A stretch of DNA of 64,000 nucleotides from a virus. Lineage: Duplodnaviria > Caudoviricetes. Shown here one piece after another: positions 10,888-21,074 of the stretch; position 1 is the stretch's first letter, and each line of letters opens with the position of its first letter. The DNA lies in the IMG/VR virus record IMGVR_UViG_2905373006_000003, positions 16,719 through 80,718 of that record; one strand, given 5' to 3'. Made by a program: the position numbers and the translations under genes. The notes beneath the pieces are model-generated. The model had not been told where the DNA came from, ran no database searches, and was given only the letters and a program-made list of their open reading frames with translations.

Positions 10888-11090
10888 GGTGCGATATCCT
10901 CCTCAGTACCTGCCTCTCCGGCATCGATGACAGGGATGAGCAGCACCAGTCCGGAAGGCAACACCGGCGTGATGGCAATGTGTGGATTCGCCGCAATAAT
11001 CCGGGGGTAGCCCAGCGGGTCACCATAATATTGCTGGGCAAGTGTATCCCAGCGTTCCCCGTGACGGGTGATATGTTCAATAAACATCAC
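10875..11090 (-). CDS. Tail protein X (LysM-like)
   Basis: GERWDTLAQQYYG...IIAANP...APWLR. Confidence 0.88.
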   Translation of the reverse strand: MMFIEHITRHGERWDTLAQQYYGDPLGYPRIIAANPHIAITPVLPSGLVLLIPVIDAGEAGTEEDIAPWLR

Positions 11091-11971
11091 ACGCTCCTTA
11101 CCGTAATTCCGGCAGCCATTTTGCTTAATGCCGGGGATATCCGGGTCAGTACCGTCGTCGCTGACCCCAGCTGACCGGAAACCCCGTCCAGTACTGCGGC
11201 AATATTTTTACTGTTTGTGCTGTTCAGTGACGACCGGGCCTGCTGCACATACGACACCGCCTCACTGCCTGCCCGGGCCAGCGTGGCAGCATCAGGCATG
11301 ACCGCTGAAAGTGAACGGAAAGCCGGTACACTGTTTCCCAGTGCGTTAGACATATTCCCCAGATGACTCATCAGCCCCGGGACACGAGTCAGTGCAACAG
11401 CCGGATTGTTCTTCATTTTCTGGGCTATCCGGACAGCACTGACCGTTGTCTGAAGCACCGACTGTGCCTGCCGGGTATAATTCACACCGTCACGGACAAG
11501 CTTTGCGATACCGGACGGTTTCGGCACAGCGCCGGAAAGCGTGCTGACACCGGGTACCTGAGTACGTATGGCGGGCGGTTTCAGCGGGTTTTTCGGGTCT
11601 CCGGTATACTCACGCAACGACACGGTGGCATTCATGGCCAGCACATTCCCGGTACTGTCGGTCTGCTCGCTGACAGCGGTAATATCGGTAATGACAAACC
11701 AGCCCCGGTAATCCCCGTTGCCGAAAACCAGCGCCAGCGCCTGATGTGCCTTCATTGCCGTACGCAACCGGGTCAGTTCGGTATCCGGAACACAATAATG
11801 CTGATGAAACACCAGCGCGATTTGGATCTCATCCAGTCGGTCACCGATAAACTGTAATCCGGGTTTGCCTTCGATACGGGCATGTTCGGCATAATCGACA
11901 CCGGACGTCATTTCGAAGCCGTCCCAGTACGTGATCAGTTCAAATTCAATATTACCCAGTACCGCAAACAT
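11087..11971 (-). CDS. Tail protein, gpU-like N-terminus
   Basis: YAEHARIEGKPGLQFIG...GWFVITDI...LREY; follows tape measure. Confidence 0.82.
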   Translation of the reverse strand: MFAVLGNIEFELITYWDGFEMTSGVDYAEHARIEGKPGLQFIGDRLDEIQIALVFHQHYCVPDTELTRLRTAMKAHQALALVFGNGDYRGWFVITDITAVSEQTDSTGNVLAMNATVSLREYTGDPKNPLKPPAIRTQVPGVSTLSGAVPKPSGIAKLVRDGVNYTRQAQSVLQTTVSAVRIAQKMKNNPAVALTRVPGLMSHLGNMSNALGNSVPAFRSLSAVMPDAATLARAGSEAVSYVQQARSSLNSTNSKNIAAVLDGVSGQLGSATTVLTRISPALSKMAAGITVRSV

Positions 11972-14748
11972 TATTCGTACTCCCTGCGTTGTTTCTGAGC
12001 CAGCAGACGTGCCAGCATTTTTTCCAGTTCATGCAGACTCATATTCAGCGCACCGGACAGTGTGTCAGGTACGGTTGTTTCTTTGTTATTGAGAAAAAAC
12101 TGCGGATTAAAACTGACCTGAATTGCCGGGGCCGAGTCAGTCTTACCGGCACGTTGTCCGGCATACCCCGCAGCCATCACCTCGTCAGAGGGAATACGCG
12201 GTGCGGCGGGTGACATTGACTCTGCAATATGCAACCCCGGTAAGACCGGAGGAACGACAGGCGATATGCCTGACGGCATTACGGAAAATGACGGGAAGGT
12301 GTCAGATAACCGGGCGAAAAGTGAAGCCCCTGTGCCGGTCAGCCGGTTTTTAACAGCGGTAATTTTCTGACGAACATCGTTAACCAGTTGCCCGATCAGA
12401 TTATCAGGGCGAATTACCGGTAATGAGGGCACCATCTGATCTGCCAGTTGCTGGCTGGCTTTTGCTGCCAGTGGTGTGGTGCGTTGCAAACCGATGGCCG
12501 CACCCTGCACGATGTTATCACCGAATCCCATAAAGACCCGGCTGGGCGAATTAATCCCCAGAGTTTCTTTAAACCAGGAAGAGACAGAACTGCCGAAATT
12601 CACAATCGTTTCTTTTGCGGCGGTCAGCTGATTACTGATCCCGTCGACCAGCCCCGTAATCAGGTTTTTACCGAAATCGGTAAAACTTTTTGGCATATCG
12701 ATACCAAACCATGACAGTACACCAGCAAAAGCCTTATGAAATAATCCCAGCGGCGACCAGTTGAGAACCAGCTGGCCGACACCGGCAATCCCGCCGTCAA
12801 AAGCGGTCTTAATTTCAGTCCAGAGACCGGAAAACCAGCCTGAAATGCCCTGCCAGACGGCAGTAATACTCTGCCATGCACGACTGAATGCAGAGGTGAC
12901 CTGCGCCCATAAGCGTTTAAAAAATGCGGAGACCGGCCCCCAGTAGCGGTACAGCAGATACGCGGCGACCGCAATACCGGTAATAATCAGACCGATGGGA
13001 TTCATCAGTAAGGCTTTTCCCACCCAGAGGATGGCTTTACCGGCGAGCGTTAATCCTTTGAGTAAGCCTCCGGCCAGTATTTTGCCCAGGCTGGCTGCAC
13101 CTTTACCGACACGGCTCAGCCCGGTTGCCAGCCAGCGCAATTTTCCGCCTTCACCGAATGCCTGTGTCAGACGTAACCAGTTTGCCCGGAGTAAAACGAG
13201 ATTTTTCCAGACACTGACAAAGGGGGAGAGCAGAAGATTCAGCCCCAGTTTCAGGGCAATGGTTGAGGCTTTGAAGGCCAGCAGCGCACCCACAATCTGT
13301 ATTGCACCGCTGACCAGCTCAGGATGAAGTGTGATCCAGTTTTTCGTCTTTTGTATAAGCGGAAGCAATTCCTGCACAAGAGAAACAAAAGACGGTGCAA
13401 GTTGATCTCCCAGTGTGATAGCAAGATCACGACTATTGATCATCAGTGCTTTGGTGGCTTCGAGCGGGGATTGTAGACGCCGGTCATAAGCTGTTCCCAG
13501 AAGATCATTATCTGCCGCTTTAAGTGCACCGGCCCGTATTTCACGATATCGATCCATATTCGCCAGCATCGGGCGGATAAATGCCATGACCTGCTGATCT
13601 GCAAACATCTCCCCCAAACCGAAATTTTTAGCCAGCGCCTGAAGCGCTTCGTCTCTGGCGGTATCATTTTCTATTTTCATGGCAGATTTAAAACCTGCCA
13701 GTGCCTCGGGACTTTTGGCATTCAGGTATCGTTCAATGATACTCATCATGCCTTCGATGGGGGATATACCGGCGGATTTGTAACTTTCAAGAGACGCCTG
13801 AAGGTCAATCCCCAAATCCGTAAATTGCTTTTGGGTATCCCGGGCAAAAATTTTGGTCAGAAAATTTTTAAAGTTATTCGCCGCCTCATCGGTTGAACCT
13901 GCCCCGATTTTTGCAATCTGCAGGCTGGCACCGATTTCAGCCACGGCATCTTTACCGCTGGCGACACCTTCCATCATAGGGGCAAGAGACTGCATCCATT
14001 TGACCTGATCAGGGATTTCAAATGAACCCTGATCACCGGCATAAGCCATAATATTTTGTACAGCCCCGAAGTCTTCTGCCGCTCCTTTCAGGGACGTTTG
14101 CCAGACAGCGGCGACTTTGGCCCAGTCGGCCCCCGCTGTGCGTGTGGCTGTTGCCGCACGGGCAATATCAGGCATGTAGTATCTGATATCAGACAGGCTG
14201 TCGATATTATTACTGATGAGTGAACCTACCGCCTCCTGCATCTCATCCTGATTCTGATTGTATTTTAATGCCCATCCTTTTATCTGTGCGGCGAGATGAT
14301 TCTGAGTATCAGTGTCATATTTTGCGGTGATTGACATATCAATCATCTTGTCTTCAAAAGACATAGACTGCTGAACTGCCGGAAAGATTGTATGATAAAG
14401 CGTTTGAGCCATGGCATAGGTTTCAACGCCCTGACCATAAAGTGCCATACGGTTGGCTTTCAGTGCATCGCCGGTTGCGGATACGGCAGAAAGGCGGCGC
14501 TGCTGACGCTCAATCTGTTCCATCGTGCGGCCTACCCGTAACAGCTCACGGTTAAGCTGCTGCATCCGGGCACCACCTAACTGACCGTAACGCTCAGTGG
14601 CCCGGGTTAAGGCGTTCTGACGCTCCTGCAGACGACGTGAAGTCTCCCCCAGGGAGTCAAGGGCACGGCGGGTACCACTCATCGCGGAACGGAACGTGCT
14701 GCCAACGATGCCGCCGATGACAACACCCACAGAAAAATTACCGGCCAA
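11971..14748 (-). CDS. Tail tape measure protein
   Basis: 925 aa, Ala/Gly-rich helical, LLMNPIGL and LGINSPSRVF motifs. Confidence 0.93.
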   Translation of the reverse strand: MAGNFSVGVVIGGIVGSTFRSAMSGTRRALDSLGETSRRLQERQNALTRATERYGQLGGARMQQLNRELLRVGRTMEQIERQQRRLSAVSATGDALKANRMALYGQGVETYAMAQTLYHTIFPAVQQSMSFEDKMIDMSITAKYDTDTQNHLAAQIKGWALKYNQNQDEMQEAVGSLISNNIDSLSDIRYYMPDIARAATATRTAGADWAKVAAVWQTSLKGAAEDFGAVQNIMAYAGDQGSFEIPDQVKWMQSLAPMMEGVASGKDAVAEIGASLQIAKIGAGSTDEAANNFKNFLTKIFARDTQKQFTDLGIDLQASLESYKSAGISPIEGMMSIIERYLNAKSPEALAGFKSAMKIENDTARDEALQALAKNFGLGEMFADQQVMAFIRPMLANMDRYREIRAGALKAADNDLLGTAYDRRLQSPLEATKALMINSRDLAITLGDQLAPSFVSLVQELLPLIQKTKNWITLHPELVSGAIQIVGALLAFKASTIALKLGLNLLLSPFVSVWKNLVLLRANWLRLTQAFGEGGKLRWLATGLSRVGKGAASLGKILAGGLLKGLTLAGKAILWVGKALLMNPIGLIITGIAVAAYLLYRYWGPVSAFFKRLWAQVTSAFSRAWQSITAVWQGISGWFSGLWTEIKTAFDGGIAGVGQLVLNWSPLGLFHKAFAGVLSWFGIDMPKSFTDFGKNLITGLVDGISNQLTAAKETIVNFGSSVSSWFKETLGINSPSRVFMGFGDNIVQGAAIGLQRTTPLAAKASQQLADQMVPSLPVIRPDNLIGQLVNDVRQKITAVKNRLTGTGASLFARLSDTFPSFSVMPSGISPVVPPVLPGLHIAESMSPAAPRIPSDEVMAAGYAGQRAGKTDSAPAIQVSFNPQFFLNNKETTVPDTLSGALNMSLHELEKMLARLLAQKQRREYE

Positions 14749-14821
14749 AATTGTGCTCCCTACGGATAATAAAAAGAAAACAGCAGCCCTTTGAGGCTAC
14801 TGTCAGGTTCATCTGAAAGTA

Positions 14822-14959
14822 TCAGTGTCTGTCGCTGTACTCACTTTTGATTTGTGCTTCTGCCTGTGCCAGCCACATTTCCAGATCGTCAGTATCCAGC
14901 GCATCAATCTCACCCGGCTGAAACCGGAACCACCTCGCCAGCAGCCCCTGCGCCTGCAT
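14822..14959 (-). CDS. GpE'-like tail chaperone extension (own ATG or frameshift product)
   Basis: LARWFRFQPGEIDAL...W resembles P2 E'; overlaps the 3' end of the chaperone gene. Confidence 0.65.
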   Translation of the reverse strand: MQAQGLLARWFRFQPGEIDALDTDDLEMWLAQAEAQIKSEYSDRH

Positions 14960-15245
14960 CAGTGTCTGTGTTGCTTTTGCCCAGCCCAGTGATTTGCTGA
15001 AATCGTTTCTGTAATTCCAGATAATCCGCCAAATCCATATTCTCCAGATCTTCCGGAATAAGACCTGTGCTGCGGGCAATCAGCGGCTCATCCCAGTCTG
15101 CCGGATCTTTATACGTTTTTCGCACCTGCTTCAGATCTTTGACTGTCAGGCGCTTCAGCTCGATACGCTCAATACGGGAACCGGCTGCGGTCATAAAGGG
15201 GTATACGGGGATAAAAACATCATGGTGTGGTTGTGACATACGCAT
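14910..15245 (-). CDS. Tail assembly chaperone (gpE/Mu gp41-like)
   Basis: LKRLTVKDL...LIAR.TGL.PEDLENMDLADY; between tube and tape measure. Confidence 0.85.
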   Translation of the reverse strand: MRMSQPHHDVFIPVYPFMTAAGSRIERIELKRLTVKDLKQVRKTYKDPADWDEPLIARSTGLIPEDLENMDLADYLELQKRFQQITGLGKSNTDTDAGAGAAGEVVPVSAG

Positions 15246-15266
15246 TCTCCTGTGTCGTTTCAGGGC

Positions 15267-15309
15267 AGTATGTCTGCAGGGGAATACAACAGATATTAAA
15301 GCAGATGAA
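15267..15309 (-). promoter_or_regulatory. Putative Mor/C-activated late promoter (before tail chaperone)
   Basis: TTCAT-CTGC-TTTAA, 23 bp, CATACT-G. Confidence 0.7.
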
Positions 15310-15340
15310 AAAAGGGAGCGGTAAGGCTCCCTGCTGTGAA

Positions 15341-15862
15341 TTATCCACCAATATTAATACGATAATCGGTTAGTTGATCGACACCGCCGACGCGGAAGAT
15401 GTTGGCCAGGTAATCCAGCTCCAGCAGCTCCTCACCATCCAGCACCTGTTTGATGTACGTGCAGGTGAAGCTACTGGAGAACTCGGCATTCTCATGCTGT
15501 TTGAATGTGCCCAGCGGATTCTTCTTGAACATGACGGTCAGGAACGTCACCAGCGGGATTTCATCAATCAGTCCCTGAGAACTGTAACGCTGTACACTGG
15601 AGCGACACTGCAGTGACAGCGATTTATACGGATTGGCGGCGGACAGCATGGCATCACGGTAAAAGCTGTTCCATTTTATCTCACCTTCCATTTTGTCAAA
15701 CCCTGCCGGGAGTTCCACTTTGCCCACCATGCCCAGCGCTTTATGCTCCTGCATGGTCATGGAGACGTCCGGCAGTTTGACCTCTTCAGCCCGGCCCAAC
15801 AGGTTCGCGCCGTCCAGGTAAATATTGGCATTGGTAATGCGGTTAATCTCAATCTTTGGCAT
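15341..15862 (-). CDS. Major tail tube protein
   Basis: 173 aa after sheath; P2 FII-like C-terminus. Confidence 0.9.
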   Translation of the reverse strand: MPKIEINRITNANIYLDGANLLGRAEEVKLPDVSMTMQEHKALGMVGKVELPAGFDKMEGEIKWNSFYRDAMLSAANPYKSLSLQCRSSVQRYSSQGLIDEIPLVTFLTVMFKKNPLGTFKQHENAEFSSSFTCTYIKQVLDGEELLELDYLANIFRVGGVDQLTDYRINIGG

Positions 15863-17289
15863 CAGCTGTTTCCTTTCAGGGTTAACAGGTATTCCGACGT
15901 GATTTCAGTCTCAAACGTCAGTCTCTCCAGCGGCGGCGGTGGCGTGTATTTGTAACTCAGCAGAAGATGCCCGGCAGCCAGTTCGGTCTCTTCGTTACGG
16001 GCAGGATCAAACCAGCAGCTGAACCCTAGCAGCGCACCGTCACCAATCAGCTTGCGTCCGAACGCATTGACCGACTCGGTCAGTGCATCAATCAGCGCCT
16101 GGGTAATGGGCTGGTCGATATACTGCTGGCTGAAGTAACGGATGGATTCATTAATCATGTCTCCGGTACGGCGCACATTCTCAAAGTTGCGCATATGGGG
16201 GACCGTCGGCCAGGCTGCCGTCCGGTTGCCCCACAGGCGCAGACCGCTGCCGTAGCTGCTGAAAACGGTCGTGATACCCTGTTCATTGAGCAGGTTCACC
16301 TCGCTCTGCGGGTCATCAATCATGGCGGACAGCTGGCGTTCCACGCCGGTGATACCGAGGATCTCCTGATTGGAGGATGACCACCAGTAGCCTTTTTCCA
16401 GATCGACTTTCGCCCGTAATCCCGCCGCCCGCTGGCTCAGCGGCTCCAGACGCTCACTGTTGGTAGCCGCGTCATAGACTCTGACATGCGGATAACACAG
16501 ACGGACACGGTCAGAGCTGGTATTAAAGTTGATGGTGCCTTCCGGCCCGCGTCCTGCCAGCGCCTGTGCAAAGGTGGTGCCCACCGGTGCGTCGATGTAG
16601 GTAACAGCCCCCAGTTTCTCTGCCATGGCGGTAAGCTCAACCGCCACGCTGTTCTGGGTGCAGAATACCGGGGCAATCAGGATTTTGGCGAAATAGCCGA
16701 ACAGGTTAAAACTGTCACTGAGCAGCTTCATGCCGGTACGGTTACCGGCGGCATTGACCGCACCAATGATATCCGCTGCAGTGACTTTGGTCGGGTCAGC
16801 ATAACGGTACCCGGCTTTCACCGTGGCTCCCGCAGCGATGCCTTTCCCGAGGTTCGTGATTGTTCCGCTTTGCGCATCCAGTGCGTAATCCTGACCGTCG
16901 GTATAGGACTGAGCACCATCCTCCGACGTCAGCACCAGCTGGGACACAATCGGATGAGCCAGCCCGGCTTTCCCGGTCGCTTTGTCAAAAGTCACTTTTT
17001 CGTCTGCCACCGTGGTGTTATGTACTGCCGGGTCAAGGACATTGATAACCAGAACAGTGCCTGCACCATGGTCGTAAATCGCATCCAGCGCCTGCGGAAT
17101 GGTAAAACCGGTAAACGGTGAACCAAAGGCGGCAGCGTCTTTTTCAGACAGGCACTGCACCAGCGTGTTAACGTTGCCCGTGGGTGCCGTCCCCACCAGC
17201 CCAATCACCGCAGACTTGACCATGCTGACCGGGCGCGCCCCTTTTTCCACCTCAAGGGTCTCAACACCATGCAGATAATTAGCGGCCAT
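15862..17289 (-). CDS. Tail sheath protein
   Basis: YLHGVET...SAVIGLVGTAP, LNEQGITT...GLRLWGNRT. Confidence 0.95.
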   Translation of the reverse strand: MAANYLHGVETLEVEKGARPVSMVKSAVIGLVGTAPTGNVNTLVQCLSEKDAAAFGSPFTGFTIPQALDAIYDHGAGTVLVINVLDPAVHNTTVADEKVTFDKATGKAGLAHPIVSQLVLTSEDGAQSYTDGQDYALDAQSGTITNLGKGIAAGATVKAGYRYADPTKVTAADIIGAVNAAGNRTGMKLLSDSFNLFGYFAKILIAPVFCTQNSVAVELTAMAEKLGAVTYIDAPVGTTFAQALAGRGPEGTINFNTSSDRVRLCYPHVRVYDAATNSERLEPLSQRAAGLRAKVDLEKGYWWSSSNQEILGITGVERQLSAMIDDPQSEVNLLNEQGITTVFSSYGSGLRLWGNRTAAWPTVPHMRNFENVRRTGDMINESIRYFSQQYIDQPITQALIDALTESVNAFGRKLIGDGALLGFSCWFDPARNEETELAAGHLLLSYKYTPPPPLERLTFETEITSEYLLTLKGNS

Positions 17290-17527
17290 GCGTGTCCTCC
17301 TTTTTCATCTCACTGTCATTGCGGCGTTTCGGTAACGACACGGAGGAGGCTCCGGCGGTCAGTGTCTCTTCCTGTACCGGTATCAGATGCCCGAGCGCCA
17401 CCAGTACCTTCACATAGTCATGTTGCTCAGGCAAAAGATGTGTTTTCCCCGGCCAGAGCAGAATTTCAGTTCCGTCCGCCAGCGTGACGCCACTGGCCGG
17501 GCCGGTATAGCGGTATGCTTTCATCAC
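17279..17527 (-). CDS. Small Mu-like virion-region protein
   Basis: Coupled ORF between Gp37-like and sheath. Confidence 0.7.
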   Translation of the reverse strand: MMKAYRYTGPASGVTLADGTEILLWPGKTHLLPEQHDYVKVLVALGHLIPVQEETLTAGASSVSLPKRRNDSEMKKEDTHGR

Positions 17528-17988
17528 TTGCTTTCCTCATAATCAACGATGGTTAACAGCGGCCCGGAGGGTAAATCGCTGTCTTCAACAAAAACGCTTT
17601 CGGTGGTAAAATCGAGGGCGTACTGCCACAGCCCGTTCACCTCCCCGATAAAGACCTCCCGGGTCAGCCAGATGCGGCGGCGGCAGTGAGGCGGGGTATA
17701 CCCGCCCAGAATGCGGCGGAGAATATCCAGCACATCAATGGCACCCCGTTTCCCGTTCAGCTGCCGGAAAACCACCGTCACACACAGCTGGAGTGTCTGA
17801 GGCTGGATCACCGCACCGATATCATCCGGCTTATCGAAGCGCGACCCGGCATAACTCACCAGCAGCGCCCCGACCGGATGATTCAACCGGTATTCCGCCG
17901 GTTTTTCCGGAAAATACTCCACCGACAGCCCCGGAAGTTTTTCCTTCAGGCGTGCCACCACCGCATCAATCACCGGCAGAACGTTCAT
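17524..17988 (-). CDS. Gp37-family tail terminator/neck protein
   Basis: YRLNHPVGALLVSYAGS; Mu-like synteny. Confidence 0.8.
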   Translation of the reverse strand: MNVLPVIDAVVARLKEKLPGLSVEYFPEKPAEYRLNHPVGALLVSYAGSRFDKPDDIGAVIQPQTLQLCVTVVFRQLNGKRGAIDVLDILRRILGGYTPPHCRRRIWLTREVFIGEVNGLWQYALDFTTESVFVEDSDLPSGPLLTIVDYEESK

Positions 17989-18434
17989 CAGTATTTCTCC
18001 AGTAAGCCATCCTGACCGCCAAAGGTCGGACGACGTGCCCGGGTACGGATTTCACCGGACTCCGGCACATCTTTTTGTGTGGTCTGCAACCCCAGAGTCA
18101 GTTTTCCGTCACGGATAGCCTCCAACTGTCGCCGGGCTTCTTTATGGTCGTCTTTCACCGTGTCCGGGACAGCCCCTTCTGGGCGGCGGGCGTAGAGCCG
18201 GTAACGCACCAGCGTAATGGCAATGTCCCGCAGCACCGTCGGGACTTCTGCCAGCGGCAGGGTATAGCGACCGCGAAGATACGCATCGATAAGCTCATCG
18301 GCATAACGGATACAGCTGTCCACCACGGTGGTGTTCACCGCAGCCGGGACACTGAAATCCACCTCTTCATTGGTCAGCTGGATGAGTGTCCGCTCCGGTA
18401 TCTGTTCAGGTAAATCCGCCGGGGTGCAGTACAT
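17988..18434 (-). CDS. Mu gp36-like head-tail connector (DUF1320)
   Basis: MYCT..DL...IDAYLRGRYTLPL..VP..L. Confidence 0.88.
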   Translation of the reverse strand: MYCTPADLPEQIPERTLIQLTNEEVDFSVPAAVNTTVVDSCIRYADELIDAYLRGRYTLPLAEVPTVLRDIAITLVRYRLYARRPEGAVPDTVKDDHKEARRQLEAIRDGKLTLGLQTTQKDVPESGEIRTRARRPTFGGQDGLLEKY

Positions 18435-18435
18435 G

Positions 18436-18792
18436 TCACACCCCGCGCAGGATACGGATCACCTCACCGGCGGCGGTGGCGTCATCCAGTGCAATCCCGG
18501 CTGAGATGCCCGCGGCGGTGTCTCCGGTCGCGGCGGTCTGAGGAATGGCACAAGCATTGGCATCGGACTGCACTGCCTGTCCCCGGTTTATGGCCGCGCC
18601 GGCTTCGACGGCCATAATACCCAGTACGCTGACCGGCGTGACATCACCGGCAGCGGCATCCACCGCTGCCACACCGAGCGCGACAGCTCCGGCCTGACAG
18701 GGGGCATTATCGACACCGACAAACCGTTGTTGCGTCAGTGCGGCACCGGCTGTCACGGTAGTGGTCAGAATGACCTGCTGAGTTGTCCCCAT
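18436..18792 (-). CDS. Capsid cement/decoration protein (DUF2190-like)
   Basis: Ala/Gly-rich 118 aa after major capsid. Confidence 0.75.
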   Translation of the reverse strand: MGTTQQVILTTTVTAGAALTQQRFVGVDNAPCQAGAVALGVAAVDAAAGDVTPVSVLGIMAVEAGAAINRGQAVQSDANACAIPQTAATGDTAAGISAGIALDDATAAGEVIRILRGV

Positions 18793-18802
18793 GGCGGTCT
18801 CC

Positions 18803-19756
18803 TTATTTCACGATGTTGGTGATGAGATATCCGGCATCGCCGCCGACCACGGCGACTTTGTAGATATCGGTATAACGGCAGTATTTCACCTTACCGCCAA
18901 TGCTGTCGTATTTGTCCGCCACCGGCATCCCTTTACGGCGCAGGGTGTACCCGAATGACGGTTCGTTTTCATCCGCACTGTCTGCACCCGCCTGCGGTTT
19001 ACTGATGTAATGCAGCATCAGATTGTCGCCCCAGATGTCAGCAGGGAGTTTGTCTTTGTCCTGCGCCTCTTTCATGGAAGCCATGGAGACCGGTTCGCCG
19101 ATCACCACTTCGTCCACCTGGAAAAGGTCTTTCAGAATGTCGAGGGTGATACGCTTGCGCTCGTTGGCACCAATCGCCGCCTGAATCGCCGGATGGAATT
19201 TCAGCAGCGCCATCACACTGGCTCCCATGGTCATCAGGTTCGGGCGCAAACCGGTGGTGTTACGCACTGCCTCAATCCCGGCTTCAATAACCCCGATCGG
19301 GTCACCTTTGCCTCCGGCCCAGCGTTCGTCAGCCTTCAAGGCTTTCACATTTGTCGTTTTATAGACGGTTTTGTCCTGTGCCAGACGGGCGGCATACAGT
19401 TCGCGCTTCAGGTTGACACCGTTCGTCACACGACGGATAGCTTTGGCCTCTTCGTTGAACATCGACTCGGCCTGCTCGCGGTAGTCCACCGGTGCGGCCA
19501 GATCGTGCTCGTTGAGAACCAGATCCAGTTTGCCGGTTTTCTCGCGCACCAGAACGTTACTGTCAGCCCCCACGGCACGCTCGGTGTCGTATTCCACAAA
19601 GGCGGATTTACCAAAGGTTGGCACGGTCACACCTTCCTTATCGGTATGGACGACGGGGAAAATGTGCTCGCCGATGAACGCGGCATTTTTATAACCACGG
19701 GCAATGTTGGTCAGCACCGGGTCAACGACGCGCTTACCTTTTAAATAATCAGACAT
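18803..19756 (-). CDS. Major capsid protein
   Basis: 317 aa, VDPVLTNIARGY start; follows protease/scaffold. Confidence 0.85.
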   Translation of the reverse strand: MSDYLKGKRVVDPVLTNIARGYKNAAFIGEHIFPVVHTDKEGVTVPTFGKSAFVEYDTERAVGADSNVLVREKTGKLDLVLNEHDLAAPVDYREQAESMFNEEAKAIRRVTNGVNLKRELYAARLAQDKTVYKTTNVKALKADERWAGGKGDPIGVIEAGIEAVRNTTGLRPNLMTMGASVMALLKFHPAIQAAIGANERKRITLDILKDLFQVDEVVIGEPVSMASMKEAQDKDKLPADIWGDNLMLHYISKPQAGADSADENEPSFGYTLRRKGMPVADKYDSIGGKVKYCRYTDIYKVAVVGGDAGYLITNIVK

Positions 19757-19770
19757 GTTCTCTCCTTAAA

Positions 19771-20868
19771 TCACAGGCAGCGGGCGACAGCAGCGTCGTA
19801 GCTGATGCCTTCTTTTTTCGACAGAGCCAGCGCTTTCTCATGCAGTGCCAGACGTTCCGGGTCAGCTTCCGCGAACTCCGCTGACGTTGTGCTGATATCC
19901 GTGTCCACACGGTCTTTGGTCGCGTGCTCACTGAAATTCAGTACCGGCTCAGTGCTGTCCAGCAACGTCTTAAACGCCGTGGCCAGCGGGGTGCGGAGTT
20001 CACCTTCCGCAAACTCCACCGGTGTATCACCTGCAGAGACAGCATCCAGAATGGCCACCACAACGGATTTAGCCTTGGGAGCCAGTCGGCCATCCCCCAC
20101 CAGTTTTTCGGCAAAGGCCACATTATCGGCGTGCAGTTTGTCCTGCTTTGCTTTCGCATCCTGCTCGGCCCGGGCGGAGGCTTCTGCTTTCAGACGGGCG
20201 TTTTCCGCCTGAAGTGCTTTGATTTCTTCTTCAGTCATTGTATTGCTCTCTTGTTGAGGAGGGAGGGATTGTTCACTGAATTCCGGTTCCGGCTTCCCGG
20301 TGTCGCGGTAAGCCTCTTCACGCAGGGCGTCTACCTGCCAGGCAGGAAGCACTTTTTCCGTCTCATCCAGCCCGAAACGGGCAATCAGGAAATCCCGCAG
20401 ACGCCCCCATAAGGAGGCATTCGTGGTATCTGCCCAATCGGCAAACTCCACGACGCCGTCTTCCTGTTCACTGAATGAAACCGGCTTCAGCCCCTTAACA
20501 GAGGGCGGCTGTGCTCCCAGAAAACCGACATGACGCAGGTAAAGCGTGCCCGGTTTGGGATTGCTTGAGGAGTCCGGAAGATAAAATGAGGCAGACACTT
20601 TTTTGAAACGTCCGTTATCCACCAGTTCCGCAAACTGTGGATCAAGCTGAGCGGGTTCGGCTAACAGATCACCGCCGTTCAGTGACAGGGATTTCACCCA
20701 GCCCCATGCTGGGTCGTCTGTTCTGGGGTGACCAATCACGAGGGGTGCTTCATGGACGGACGGGTCATAGGCGTTCACGCAGGCGGCAAGATCGCGTTGC
20801 GTGAACGGCAGTTTTGTGCCGTGCATATCGGTATGCGTTCCGGCTTTGAAAATATGAATAGCTGGCAT
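19771..20868 (-). CDS. Head maturation protease/scaffold (Mu gpI-like)
   Basis: APLVIGHP...AWGWV...YLRHVGFLGAQPPSVKGL. Confidence 0.88.
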   Translation of the reverse strand: MPAIHIFKAGTHTDMHGTKLPFTQRDLAACVNAYDPSVHEAPLVIGHPRTDDPAWGWVKSLSLNGGDLLAEPAQLDPQFAELVDNGRFKKVSASFYLPDSSSNPKPGTLYLRHVGFLGAQPPSVKGLKPVSFSEQEDGVVEFADWADTTNASLWGRLRDFLIARFGLDETEKVLPAWQVDALREEAYRDTGKPEPEFSEQSLPPQQESNTMTEEEIKALQAENARLKAEASARAEQDAKAKQDKLHADNVAFAEKLVGDGRLAPKAKSVVVAILDAVSAGDTPVEFAEGELRTPLATAFKTLLDSTEPVLNFSEHATKDRVDTDISTTSAEFAEADPERLALHEKALALSKKEGISYDAAVARCL

Positions 20869-20898
20869 GTTGCTGTCCTGCGTTACGTTACCGGGGAC

Positions 20899-20941
20899 AG
20901 TCTGAGAAAAAAGGACGGGAAACGCTTTTAATCTGCTTTAG
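20899..20941 (-). promoter_or_regulatory. Putative Mor/C-activated late promoter (before protease)
   Basis: CTAAA-GCAG-ATTAA, 23 bp, CAGACT-G. Confidence 0.72.
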
Positions 20942-21074
20942 AAAAAACGGGATAACACCGGATTGAGAACCAGTGGTAGGCTGAGGGGAAAACAGGGGCT
21001 GTAAAGCCTTTATAAAGATAATACAGCCCCTGATAACCCTGCAATGATAAAATCCCCGCCTTCAGAGATAAACC

